Shown: piece after piece, positions 21,271-33,412 of the stretch
How positions within the stretch are numbered: position 1 is the first letter of the stretch
Layout of the letters: each line of letters starts with the position of its first letter
Assembly (NCBI RefSeq): GCF_030684315.1
Contig: NC_081369.1
Coordinates: forward strand, 9,524,035-9,588,034
Origin: Stegostoma tigrinum
Lineage: Eukaryota
Reading direction: 5' to 3'
Length of the DNA stretch: 64,000 bases
Notes under the pieces: generated by a model
What the model was told of the DNA's origin: nothing
The model's input: the letters and a program-made list of their open reading frames with translations, nothing else
The model's database searches: none
Position numbers and translations under genes: made by a program

Positions 21271-21599
21271 TCGATAGAGTTAAGAAAATTTGAGACCGTT
21301 TTTTGCTCTTTTTATGGTTTCCTACATTACCAAAGAACCTAAAGGGGGTTAGCAGTACTACTTATATTTCCGCACCGCCCCCGAAATCATACGTATCTCT
21401 GCGTGTATGGACAGTGGCGCAGGGAAAAGTGAAAACATGGCGCAACAACTTTGTTACGCTGCCCATCACAAGGAAAACCCCCATTGGCTTGTGAAACGGT
21501 AACAAGGAAGTCCTAATAAGGGCAATGCATGCATCAAAATGTGAAGGGGAGAAGAGCAGAATTATATCCAAATTGTTTTAGAGGGAGAATTAAAGTAGT

Positions 21600-24500
21600 G
21601 TATCCCCAGCAGTGTTCATCTCTCCATAAAGGCATGGAGAGCATTGGTAGACAATATATTTCCTCTTCAATGACACCTGGGCTCAAATGGAACTGTGGGC
21701 GGGGGACAGAGAGTTCACAGAGATGACCCCACCCACAGCCTACTGCCTGGACATGTTTCCAGCCAGCCTCACCAGGCCAATGCCCCTGCTTATATCTGTC
21801 AGCCCCAGCTCCCTTATTGGAGTAGATTTAGAGCCCCAATCAGGGAAGTCATATTCAACAAGGTCCACCTGGCTGACCTCATTACAATTGTTACATTCTC
21901 CACCCCACCCCCACCAAATCCAGGGACATAGGCCTGTTCTTTGTCTTGTAGCCTCTCATGGGGCATTTTTGCACCAGGTCTGGTTCCTCCAATTTGGCCT
22001 CAGGAATGGGTAGCATGTACCAGGCCATGGCCTACCTCTTAAATCTGGAGCGTCTCAGAACAAGTTCATTCTCTTCCTCAGCTGGTGAAGGTGTGAGTCT
22101 GTGACATTCACTGTGTCCATCTGAGTGTCCAGGTTGCTTTGATGCTAGACAGAAAGGGAGAACTCACAGGCTTTGACAGCCTTTCTGGCTGTCCTGAGGT
22201 GCCAGGTATGATTTGATCCTGCCATGTTTATGAGTTTGCAGCTTTCATGTGGTCCATGTGCTTGTTTAGGACTGCTTCACCTCCGTGAACTTTGTACGTC
22301 ATGGTTCCTGGCTTTAGGTTAACCATGACTTTTACCAACACAGGGCTATTCCCATGGTTCGGTACTAAACTTAGTTCCCTGAAGTAAACCTTTTCCCTCA
22401 CTTAGAGGACCCTTGTGTCTGGCATTGGCATTCCTGATGTTATTTTACCGTCCCCCATGGTCCAGGAAGACCAGATTTAACCTGGGTGTGGAGTCTTCTC
22501 CCTGTTAGCAACTCTGCAGGAGCTATGCTGGTAATTGCATGAGGGGTTGTCTGAAAATCAAACAGGAACTGGGACAGCTTACTATCCTGTGAAGATGTAG
22601 GCTGTTCTGTAATCTTAACTTCAAAGTTTGAACTGCTCTTTCTGTCAGATCATGGCTGTCCTTATATGCTTAATGCCATTTGTCTTTATGAAATACGTGA
22701 GTTCCTTGCTGGTACTTGATGGCCCATTGTCAGTGACCAACACTTCTGAAGCCCATGCATTGCAGAAGATGCCTGAAACCTTTCCATCATCATCCTTGTA
22801 TTTGAAAAATGAACTCAAGGCACATTCAACCACTTTGAGTGGGCATCCACAATGACTAAGAAAGTTGAGAACATGAAAGGGCCAGCAGAGTCAATGTATA
22901 ACTGAGCCCACAGGTCATTCTCACGGATGTGGGGGAGCTGCTGGCAGTAATTATTATCCTTGTTGGTACTTTGGTTGCTGCCCTATCAACACAGCCATGT
23001 CTGGATCCGATCTTGCCCACCAGACATAATATCTTGTCAACAACTTCAGTTGGAATTTGCCTGATGACCCTGGTGGAGTTCCCCCAGTATCTGGCAGCAA
23101 CCTTTGCTTGGGACAATCGGTCTTGCTCCTCATAATAAAATGCCATTCTCGACAGTAATAGGGGCTCGCCAGGTCTAGTTTCAATTATGCAATGACCCTT
23201 CTGTTTCCCCTATCACCACCAGCTGTTTTAGTTTTGCAGATCTGTTCACAATCTGATATTGTCAGCGGAGACCAGAAGGGTTCCTGAAAATTTACAACCA
23301 GAATGGTCTCTTCAAGTAGCAGCAACATCGGTGGTCTATCTACCAGCTGGAGGCAGCTCAAGGCGTTCACATGTGCTACTTGGCCTCTTGGACAGTGTTC
23401 CAACTTGTAATTGTATCCACTTAGCATGAGAACCCACCACTGAATTAGAGGTGATGTAATGGGCTGCTTGGCCTTGTCCTCTTTGAATAGCCCTAGAAGG
23501 GGTTAGTGGCCTGTTAGTATTACAAATTTACTTCCATAAGGATATTAGTGCACCTTTCTCACACAAAAGATGACTGTCAAATCCGTTTTCTTTATGTACG
23601 AGTATATATGCTCTACGTCAGCCAAAGTCTGGGAACCATGTGGTAGTGAGCATTCCTCTCCATTCGGCAATCTGTGAGTCAACAGCACCCTGATACAATA
23701 TGTGGAGGCATTGCAAATCTGTGCAAGATGTTGCTTGGGATCATAGTGTGCCAACACCTCAGATGATGATAACAGCTTCTTCCCTTTCTTGAAGGTGACA
23801 TCTTGGCTGTGAGACAATTTTCTAGGCTGATCCTTTGTCAATAGTAAACGTAAGGGTCGCAGATTGAAGGTCAGATTACTTTGGAATTTTTCAACATAAT
23901 TCACCAATCGCAGGGCAGCACTAATCTCCATTGTAGATGTTAAAGATGGGCCACTTTGATTGTCCTCACTTTTCTTCCCAGGTTTTGTAAGCTGGTGTTG
24001 TCAACTGCGTACCACAAATAGAACACTTGGGATATCTGAAACACACATTTAGTTCCTTTCTAAATGATACAGTCAGCTTAGAGAAATATCTAAAGACTGC
24101 GTCCAAGTTCTCTAAGTGCACCTTTTGGCCTTCTCTGTTATTAGCATGAGACAGGTGAACTGGAGTAGGCCTTGTGAAATGTTCTCCATTGTCTTCTGAA
24201 AAATAGGCTGATGACTCCCAAATTAGCAGTCTTGTATATTTGTGGGTACAAATTGCATCATATGTCTCAGAATCCTCATTTAACCAAAATAGCAGGTACG
24301 TGTGACTCATGTCCAGGCTCATGGAGGACAGCCCCCACCAAAACACACCAAATTTCCGTATATGTCTTCCATGTGAAGGATTGGGTATTGAGAAGAAATT
24401 TATCCATTGTTTAAAATCCTCACTGGTGGAATGATTCTTTCACTTTCCAGCCTCCTGATTTCTGCCTCTACTTCTGCACATAAGGCAAACAACACTAGAT

Positions 24501-24780
24501 GGGCCTTGTGGAATCATTGAATTGTTTTCTGGTCAACATGCAAGGTGGTCTTAGCTCTTTTGATAGTCTTCGGACAGCCCTGAAAATTTAATTATGACTT
24601 CTATGAGCCAGCCATTTTCTAATCAAACAATGTTGAGCCGATCATGCTGAATCTTTCTCAACAAATTTCAACCGACCAGATTTGGGGCTGAGCGTTTTAT
24701 GTCAATCACTGGTAACTTAAGCAATCAGTTCTCATAGGACAATGGAGCTGACTTGTACCCTGGATCTGTAAATTATCTTG
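21600..24780 (-). mobile_element. Decayed Gypsy LTR retrotransposon (RT, RNase H, integrase, PPT, 3' LTR)
   Basis: LAHYDPK..LTHRLPNGEE (RNase H), MLSGYNYKLEH..NALSCL, and VTDNGP..FIKTNGIKHIRTA (integrase). A polypurine tract at 21896-21915 abuts the LTR start (TG) at 21895. Confidence 0.85.
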
Positions 24781-24789
24781 TCAGATTGA

Positions 24790-25430
24790 ATTTAAAGTGG
24801 AAAGATGTGAGCTTATTTACTTTTGTTGGAGAAACAGATTTTCAGAGCATCATTTGAAAAGTAAGATAAAGAAGGACAAAGAACAAAGAAAATTACAGCA
24901 CAGGAACAGTCCCTTCGGCCCTCCAAGCCTGTGCCATGTGGGGGATGGTACCGATATACACTGGGGCCTGAGTTTCTTTGTCTGTAAGTACTGAAGGCTA
25001 ACGTAGAGCTGCAGCAAACCATTGTGAAAGCCAACAGAATATTAGTTGTTTTTCCAAGGCAATACAGTGGGGGTGGGGCGGGGGGGTGCAGGGGCGATGG
25101 GGAAAAGTATTGCTTGAATTCTCTAGGAGTTTGTTTAAACTCAACCTGAAGTATTGTGTGTTGTTTTGGTCTCTATATGTCAGGAAACATATTATGGCCA
25201 CGGAGGGAGTACAACAAAACATCACCAAATTTGTTCATGACTGTCCTGTGAAAAAAGATTGGTCAAAATGGGCTGGTATTCTCTAGGGTTTTGCAGAATA
25301 AGATCTCATTGAAGGGTACAGAATACTTAAAAGAATGGACCAGCTAGATGCAGGTAAGATATTTCCTTTGGTTGGGGAATTAAAAACCAGATGGCACTAT
25401 TTTAAAATCAGAAGAATGCTTCTTGGGTCC
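24790..25430 (+). mobile_element. Old CR1 LINE fragment
   Basis: LF.LNLKYCVLFWS.Y.RK...EGVQ..TK motif in ORF 25086..25286. Confidence 0.7.
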
Positions 25431-27955
25431 AAGGTGTTGATCAACATCACCCAGTCATGATGCAACACCATCTGTACTCTTAGGATCAATCGCAAGATTG
25501 TCATTTAACCAGCAGACAAAGGAGGAGCCCATTGTCATACAGAATATAATGGACTAATGAAAGGAGGTGCACTGGCAGCTGAACAACCAGGAACAAGATA
25601 GATGACTACCTGCTGATTCAAACAAAGAATACACCGGTCAACTGAACAGACTAGTCAAGACTTTTGATTCAGTCATTCAGAGTGCCCTGCACACTCTCCT
25701 CCCATGTAATTCCCATGTAGGGGACTTATACTGCATTTAAAAAGATGCTCAAAGCCAACACACCTGGACGTCCCATCGTATCAGGCAAAGGCACCTTATG
25801 AGAGAAATTCTCTGGCTGTGTTGAGGGCATCTCAAAACCAACTGTACAGGCAACATCCAGCTTCAGTTGCAACCCTACAGATTTCTTACAGAAATGCAGT
25901 ACCATAGATCAGAAAACCAGGAACCTTCCCCATCACAGTGGATGTTTTGTGACTCTACGCCAGCATCCCTCACAATGATGGCATTACTGCAGAAGCCTCA
26001 GTCCTCAATACAACCAACTCTCCGTTTCCAAACGCTATCCTACAACTCATCCACTTCAAGCTTGATCAGAACAGCTTCACCTTTGACAGCCAGTTCTTCA
26101 GTGAGACACACAGAACAGCCATGGGACCACATTTGCTCCCCAATGTGTGAACACTTTTATGCATATGTTCAAAAAAGACATCTTTGCTGCACAGAATTTC
26201 CAACCAACGCTATACACCAGATACATTGATGACATTTTTTGCCTTCAGCCTCATGGCAAGAAATCACTGGAAAAATTATATTGTGATGTCAATATTTTTC
26301 ATCCCAACATCAGACTTTTTATGGCCGATTCTTTAGAATCAATCTCATTCTTGGAAACACACATCTCCAACAGGGATGGACATCTTGGTACAGCACTCTA
26401 CTGCTAGCCTATGGTTAATCTGACAATGCTGCGCTTCTCTAGTTTCCATCCTGAATGTATTAAAACAGCCATCCCCAATGGACAGGCCCTATACATACAC
26501 AGAATCTGTTCAGATATGGAGTAACAAGATGGACACCTGAAAGTGTTGAAGAATGCCCTCATGTGAACAGGATACAATACTCAACTCATCAATCACCTGT
26601 TTCAACATGCCACAGTGAAAAAATTTAATGACAGACACGAAATGCTTCCAATAGAGTGCCCATCATCTACATGTACTTGCTGGGAGCGGAGAATCTATGC
26701 AATGTTCTTTGCAGCCTTCAATGCATTGTCGATGACAATGAGCTCCTCGACTTATCTTCCCCACACCTCTACCTCTCGCTTTCAAACAACCACCAAATAT
26801 TAAATGCACCATTGTTAACAGAAAACTACCCAGCCTTCGGGACAACATTGACCACAACACTATACAACACTGTCAGGGTAGTCTATGCAAGACACGTCTG
26901 ACACTGGAAATGGACACAAACATTGTACACTAGGTGCACGGCAATTACTCAAGTGACTTGGCCAACATCGTATGTCTCACATGCTGCAGGCAAGGATGCC
27001 CTGAGGGATGGTAAACATTGGCAAAAGTGTGCTGACGCCATGACAATGGCTGGTTGAACATCACACAACAATTGACAGACAGGAATGTTCCCTCCCAGTG
27101 GGGGAACACTTCCCCAGTCAAGGACATTCGGCCTAAGGTCTTCAGGTAAATATCCTCCAAGGCAGGCTTCAGGGCACACAACAATGCAGTGTCACTGAGC
27201 AGAGGCTGATAGCCATGTTTCGCACCCATGAGGACAGCCTCAGCTGGGATCTTGGGTTCACATTGCAGTACAGGTGACTGCACCACATTATACAAACACA
27301 AGCAGGCATACATAGACACGCACGCACATACACACACAAAGAAACAAACTGCCCCCCACACACACAGTCTCTTCCCCCTCACACACACTCTCTCTCTCCT
27401 TCACTCTCACACACTCGGTCTCTTCCCCCTCACTCTGTCTCTCTTACACACACACACAAGCACAAGTCTATGGGGTGAATTTGTGTTTGCAGATACATTT
27501 TATTTCGTTCAAAAGCACACAATTTATACACAGTGAATATGGCGCTTTATAATTTCCTACTTTAGTCATAGCCAATTTGACTTCAAACTAAGACACAAAC
27601 AGATTCTAAACGAGGCCTCATACTTAACATACAGTGTCTGACCTAAAATGTCACCTCTTTTTTGCACTGATAAAAGCATTAGTTCTATCAGGGCAGCGAC
27701 TTGAAAGAAATTCAGGGATTTCCATATACATAGTAATCAATTAAAACCTTCTAACTGATTAAAGGTTTAACAGCATCTTTGCTTTGTTTAGTATATCCTC
27801 ATCAATGGTGTGAAGCTTTGAACTTTTGATTATGAATCCTGTGTCTGATATTACCTCTCTCATGAACACCTGACGAAGGACTGAGGCTCCCAAACCTTCT
27901 GCTGTCAAATAAACCTGTTGGACTATAGCCTGGTGTCAGGTGATTTCTGACCTTG
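25430..27955 (+). mobile_element. Decayed Penelope-like element (RT, GIY-YIG, terminal repeat with CA/CT microsatellite)
   Basis: PADKG, GRPIVSG, YTRYIDDIF and ISFLETHIS motifs; (CA)n/(CT)n at 27290-27460; degenerate hammerhead core CTGACGAAGG near 27870 and AATAAACCTGTTGGAC terminus. Confidence 0.85.
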
Positions 27956-28079
27956 TCCCTTTGTTAAGACAGAGGGTGGATGATTTATTGGCCATCCACA
28001 GCCATTTTTGCTTGGGAGCAGGAAGGTATAAAAGTAGCTAGGCTTAAACTGCTTCTTCGCCTTATTCTTCACTCTGTTA

Positions 28080-28270
28080 TGTGGGTTGGTAGCTCAGTTG
28101 GTTGGATGGCCAGTTAGTGATACAATTTGATGGCAACTTTGCAGGTTCAGTTCTCGCACTGGTTGAAGTTGTATAAGGTCCTGGCCTCTCAGCCTAACCT
28201 GAGGTGTAGTGTCCTCAGGTGAAACCAATCATTTGTCATCTCCCTGATGAGAGAGACTATGATGACTTTT
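28080..28270 (+). mobile_element. Old tRNA-derived SINE
   Basis: TAGCTCAGTTGG A-box and GGTTCAGTTC B-box followed by a short body. Confidence 0.45.
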
Positions 28271-29449
28271 TTTTAACATAAACATTAGATATTCAAGTAA
28301 GTCAAATTGAGAGCATCATTCAGGATCAGGAAGGATAATTGGCCAAGGTAATATATGTCTCTCCAATCTGTGTGGGGAATAAGAATTCTGAGGTTGCGAT
28401 TTCAAATAAGGAAATTGCCTGTCCTGCAATTCCTCATGCTGCTTTTTGATGCACAAAATGCTAGAGATATTTGACTCATTTCTTGTTTTCATCGTTTGCA
28501 ATGGTGACTTATTATCATAGCTATCTATACACAATGAAGACCGTATCAATACACAACTCATGATTTCAAACAGAATTTTTTGAATAGAAAGTGGGGTTTG
28601 TACAGATTGGGAATGAGTACAAGACAAAGAACATACTTTGAACCAAATCAATGGCCTAGCTTTCTTGTATGCTTTTATCCTATATTCAGCAAGATTTACT
28701 CAACAATGATGCAAAGTTTACTGACAGGCAGTTTGAAATGTTGTTGGCAAATATGCATACACTCTTCGAAATAATGTAACAACCAAAACAGAGCCACACT
28801 GCTTTAAAGAGAAAGAAAGTTATTGTTTTCTACATTGGTCAACTTTAGTTCAAAAAATTTTTGGTGAAATAGTTATGAATCCTTAAAGAAATGGAAGCAT
28901 TCATATCAATTCACAGAATAAGTATTTGAATGTTAGTGGATCACTAATATTTATTGCAATTAGTTGGAGTACAACATCAGAGACATCTACTGCATTCATA
29001 CAGGGCATTGGTGTGAACTACCTCAAGCATTTGGTTTCCTATCCAATGCAGAAAAAACTTGTCTGAAAGGTTCACTGGATTGATTCCAGAGATGACAGGT
29101 AATTCTATGAACTAAAATTGTGATTGTGATTATGAAGCCCTCCTATATTCTCATGTTTCAGAGAAATGTTGTCTGCTTTCATTGAAATTTATGAAATGCT
29201 TGATAATACCAAGGTAAATTAGGAAAGGGGGCAAGACACTCAACACCTTTACCCTGTTCTGTCATTGAATAAATCATGATTGATCTAATTGCTCTGAATT
29301 CTTGCCTACCTTTCACTTTCTCCATCTCTGCTTCACTTGCCTTTTGAGTTCAGAGTTGTGAAGTGTCATGACTCTGAGGAAATATCCTCCTTGCCTCTGT
29401 TCAAATGCATGAGACATATAGGATATCATGTTGACCTTGTGCAGAAGAT

Positions 29450-30000
29450 TGATGAGGCCACTTTTGTATCACTGTGTACAATTCTGGCCACCCTGCTACA
29501 GGAAGATATTAGTAAATTAGAGAGGGTTCAGAAAAGATTCAGCAGGATTTTGCCAGGACCGGAGGGTTTGAGTTATATGGATAGGCTGAGACTTTTATTT
29601 CTCTGGCGCATAAGATGTGAAGGGGTAGTCTGATTATTGTTTATGAAATCATGAGTGGTATTGACAAGGTGAATATCGAACAGCTTTTCCCATGGATGGT
29701 GAGTTCAAAACTAGGGGTCATATTTTTAAAGTGAGTGGAAAAAAATTTAAAGAGGGACTCGAGAGGCAACTTCTTTCACACAAAGCTTCTTTCTTATGTG
29801 GAAATAACTGCCAGAGGAAACGGTAGACGTAGGTAGAGTTACATATTTATTGCACATTTGAATATGTACATGAATAGTAAAATATATCGAGGGACATTGG
29901 CCAAACCCTAGCAAGTGAGACTGTTAGATTGGGAAATTTAATTGACATTGACGAGTTGGACTGAATGGCTTGTTTCTGTGCTGCATCACTCTTTGAATCT
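29450..30000 (+). mobile_element. CR1 LINE 3' fragment
   Basis: DISKLERVQKRFSRILPG.EGLSY.DRL motif plus 3'UTR. Confidence 0.85.
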
Positions 30001-31685
30001 ATGTGACCACCAGTTTTAGGATCTCACGCAACAGGCACTACATTTTGCACATGCACCTTATCAAGACTGTCAGGATCTTGTATGTTTCTATCAAGTTGCC
30101 TCCACCTATCCTAAACTCATAGTAAAAGAAGGAAGCAGTCTACCAATGAGAACTGAAATGAGAATTTTTTTTTATCCTTGATATCTTCTGCCTCTGGATG
30201 TTCAATTATTGAGTATATTCAAGATTAAAAATATAAAAAAAAGTTTGAGATCTAAGGTAGTAATTTGCTGTGGAAACAGAATGGGGGTGCATAGTTAATG
30301 TGACAGCTTAGCCATGATCTTTCTGAATGTGCATCTGGAAGGCATTGTCTTAAGAATATAAATGTGTCAAGATAGTCACAGTCAAGGAGTGACAGAGTCT
30401 ACTCTTCTTAATTGTGGTACATAATGACAGTTTGATTCTCAACAAGTAGTTTCTGTGACAGCGGTCATTCATAAACTTCCACAAGGACCAAAAAAGTGGG
30501 GCATTTATTGAATAAGGAGAAGAAATTAGAGATTCAAGAGGATGCTTGTTTCCAGTTCTGACACTTGTAATGAAAGAGATATTTGACCTCAAACTACAGA
30601 TCAAGTTCAAGTTTGTGAAACCATTCTCAGGTAGAAATGCAAAAAAAAATCTGTATGACCTGTTGGATGGTTTGTTGGATAAAAATGGCTTGCAATGGTC
30701 ATTTTGTGATAGCTTTTCTTTCACATTATGGTCCAGAGAATGCTGTCGTATGTCAATGAAGGGAAAAAAAAGACAAACTATGGGATGATTACTGAATTTT
30801 GTTTGGGCTCATTGGAGCTGCATGCTGGTGAGACAATCATTCACAGCCTGGACAGAAGGGAAATGTGCTGATTCCTCCTGAGAATCATGTGGCATAATGA
30901 TAGTATTCCTACCTCTGAACTAGGAAACCCAGATTCACTACCAGCTCCGGAGGCATGTAGTATCATCTCTTATCGTGGTGAACTCGGGCAAGATACTGAA
31001 AATCATGATATGTACTTGTGAGTGCTGCAAAGCTCCCCCAGAGCAGTGGATATATTGCTTGAGGCATCTTGTTATTAATCCAACCTTGGTTCTTCTGAAA
31101 GTATGTTCAATATCCCTATGGTTAATATTTGGTTGTATTGCAGACTGGATTCATGAGACATGTTATCAGATTTCCCTCTTTAGCTGTTGATTTGATCCGT
31201 TGGCTTAAAAATTGAGCCTACTTCTATTGATAAGAAATAATGCTATCTATCACCTCTTTGCATTACGTGTATCAGTTAACACACTTGCACAGCAATTGAC
31301 GACAAACTAGGATATTTTAAAGCAATTGTCGGCTCTATTTTGCAAGGATTCTGATATTAGACATTCATGGGCATTGCCACTTGGTGTAAATTCCAGGCCT
31401 TCTCTGAGATTTCTTGTCTGCTTATGCAAAGTGCTTGATTGCTGCGAGTAACTTCTTAGAATGGAAACATTGCCCAAACGCTTCCTCATCAACGAGTTTA
31501 GTGTTCTCTGAATACAATTTGAACTTCTCCCTCAAATACTTTGTCTGTTTCCCCAAGCAGCTTTTCCTTCCCTGTGCCATTTCTAATGACTCTCCTGTCG
31601 TGTCAGGAGGTCATTGCTTGAACAGAATCCTTGAAATGAGCGCCAAGGCATTCAGCATGTACTGTATCCATCTCAGCGGACTCAC

Positions 31686-32800
31686 CAGCTTTAAGTAACA
31701 ATATAATCCACCAAATGCTTCTACGAGCTCAGTAACAATTAGAAGATACAGTCAGCAACTACTGTGAAAATAGTTGATTCCTTTTAATCCTGCTGTTAGT
31801 GGATACTTCCCATCACTGTATGCTTGTTAAATCAGGTGAAGTTAAGAACGGGTATTGAATAAATTCTTGAGTTCAAAAGTGATGCTTCATGCTGATGGAT
31901 ACCAAGATCTATCTACTTATGAAAGCCTTTGATTAGATTAGATTCCCTACAGTGTGGAAACAGGTCCTTTGGCCCAATAAGTCCACACCGCTCCTTGGGC
32001 AATCCCACCTAGACCTCCCCCCCCCTCCCACCCCGATAACTCACACACCCCTGAACACTACGGACAATTTAGCATGGCCGATCCATCTAGCCTGCACATC
32101 TTTGGACTGTGGGAGGAAACCGGAGCACCCAAAGGAAACCCACACAGACACAGGGAGAATGTGCAAACTCCGCACAGACAGTTACCCAAGGCTGGAATCG
32201 AACCCAGGTCCCTGGTTCTGTGAGCCAGTGTGCCGCCCTTAGAATGTGTTAACGATATCACTAAAATGAAGTATGACATGGGCTGTATCGTAAGACTGTG
32301 TGCGTCACCATATTCAAGTACTTAAAAAAGGGTGTTTTCCTCATTTAACAACTATTCAACAACATTAAAGTCAGCAACATGTTTATTTCATTGGCATGCA
32401 CAGGGCATTGCTGTGTTCATTCTGACTATAATGTCTACCTAGAATGTACTCCATACATTTCAAAAAGTAACTGCTTTTAAGAAAATTTACGAGTTCTTGA
32501 GTTGCGAAATGTTGCACATTTCTATTTGCTGTTTTTGCAGACCAAATACTGTGGAGAATATGCTGAAATCTTAAATTAATTTAAAAATCATTGCGTTGAT
32601 CCAACTGGAGTATGGCTGTGGTTTTCTAGATGCCTGTCAGTTAAGTTAGACCAATTACTTTCATTTGCATCTACTTTATGAAGAGCATTCCTTAGGTCTG
32701 GAGTACCACCTCACACTGTAATGAAGCAACCATAAGTTAGTGTAACCAACAGTTCCATCAGTGACAAATTTGGTTGGCCTGTGCTTTGAGCTAGGAGCTA
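31686..32800 (-). pseudogene. Possible relic TM exon (31686-31761) and N-terminal V fragment (about 32690-32800)
   Basis: A TTTTCACAG acceptor and GTGAGT donor enclose SC*LYLLIVTELVEAFGGLYCYLKL. Upstream frameshifted pieces read VTDGT / VTLTY / YSVRWY. Highly decayed. Confidence 0.3.
31931..32238 (-). mobile_element. HE1-type V-SINE
   Basis: Same core and tail as 3704-4006. Confidence 0.9.
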
Positions 32801-33030
32801 AATTACGATTGCACAATTAAGTTCACGAATGATTATTTTAGTTAATGATGTGATACTGTGTTTACCCCATTAACTCATGCAGTTTGAAGAAATTAGTTAA
32901 AGGTTAAAGCCCATGCTCGAAACTATTTCAAACCAACGTTGGTTCTTTCCATGTAATTTTAACGGAAACCTCAACTTCCCTATCATGGCTATAACTTAAG
33001 ACTGTGCTGAGATACTGTGACGTAAGAGAT

Positions 33031-33412
33031 ATGTTGGGCATTGTGTTTGATTTTCATTACTGTCTCTTGGAGCCATGTTTTGATTATGTTTGGCTGTTGC
33101 AGAAATATTTCTTTCGTTCCCCTTGAATTATCTTAAATTTTTTTCCTATTATCTCCACTTCTTTGGAGAATAGCTGACTTTTGTTGGAAGATGATGATTT
33201 GCATACATAGATGCTTAATTAGCAACTTCCCTTATTTTGATTGATCTTTCTAGTGTGTACTGGTCTCCATGCTGCAGTAACCGCTACCTGCTACAAATTG
33301 ACCATGGAACGCAAAATGCTGACTGAGCAATGTCTAATATCCCTTCAGAATTCCCATGGGTATTTTGGTGCATCACACAACTTGGGCACAGGAACACATC
33401 ATTTAGTCCAAA
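33031..33412 (+). pseudogene. Leader plus internally deleted VJ exon pseudogene
   Basis: Leader relic M/WALCLIFITVSWSH (33031-33077). The exon from 33254 reads VCTGLH, then NRYLLQIDHGTQNAD*AMSNIPSE(D)SHGYFGASHNLGTGTHHLVQ after allowing frameshifts. This gives D/E/F strands and a GxGT J motif, with the F-strand Cys codon changed to GGT. Confidence 0.6.

Larger units (their letters stand above)
16352..21520 (-). pseudogene. Decayed convergent IgSF receptor gene (V/J relics, C1, TM, Tyr-motif cytoplasmic exons)
   Basis: Relics occur in the correct order on the minus strand: CAT..DTYDFGGGAEI*V (21356-21520); LEDRFSGK..LKHGPI*RYHSGHYC (20760-20965); SYFGEGGKL (~19990-20020); PPKVTINS..PVFKTC*/DIEW/PVKEW (18174-18379); TM VISLVLLVDCICPLAVLVCLFALC (17760-17882). 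Splice-bounded exons at 17313-17412 and 16614-16760 follow, then a terminal exon at 16442-16527 and AATAAA at 16352-16357. All pieces have stops or frameshifts. Confidence 0.55.
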
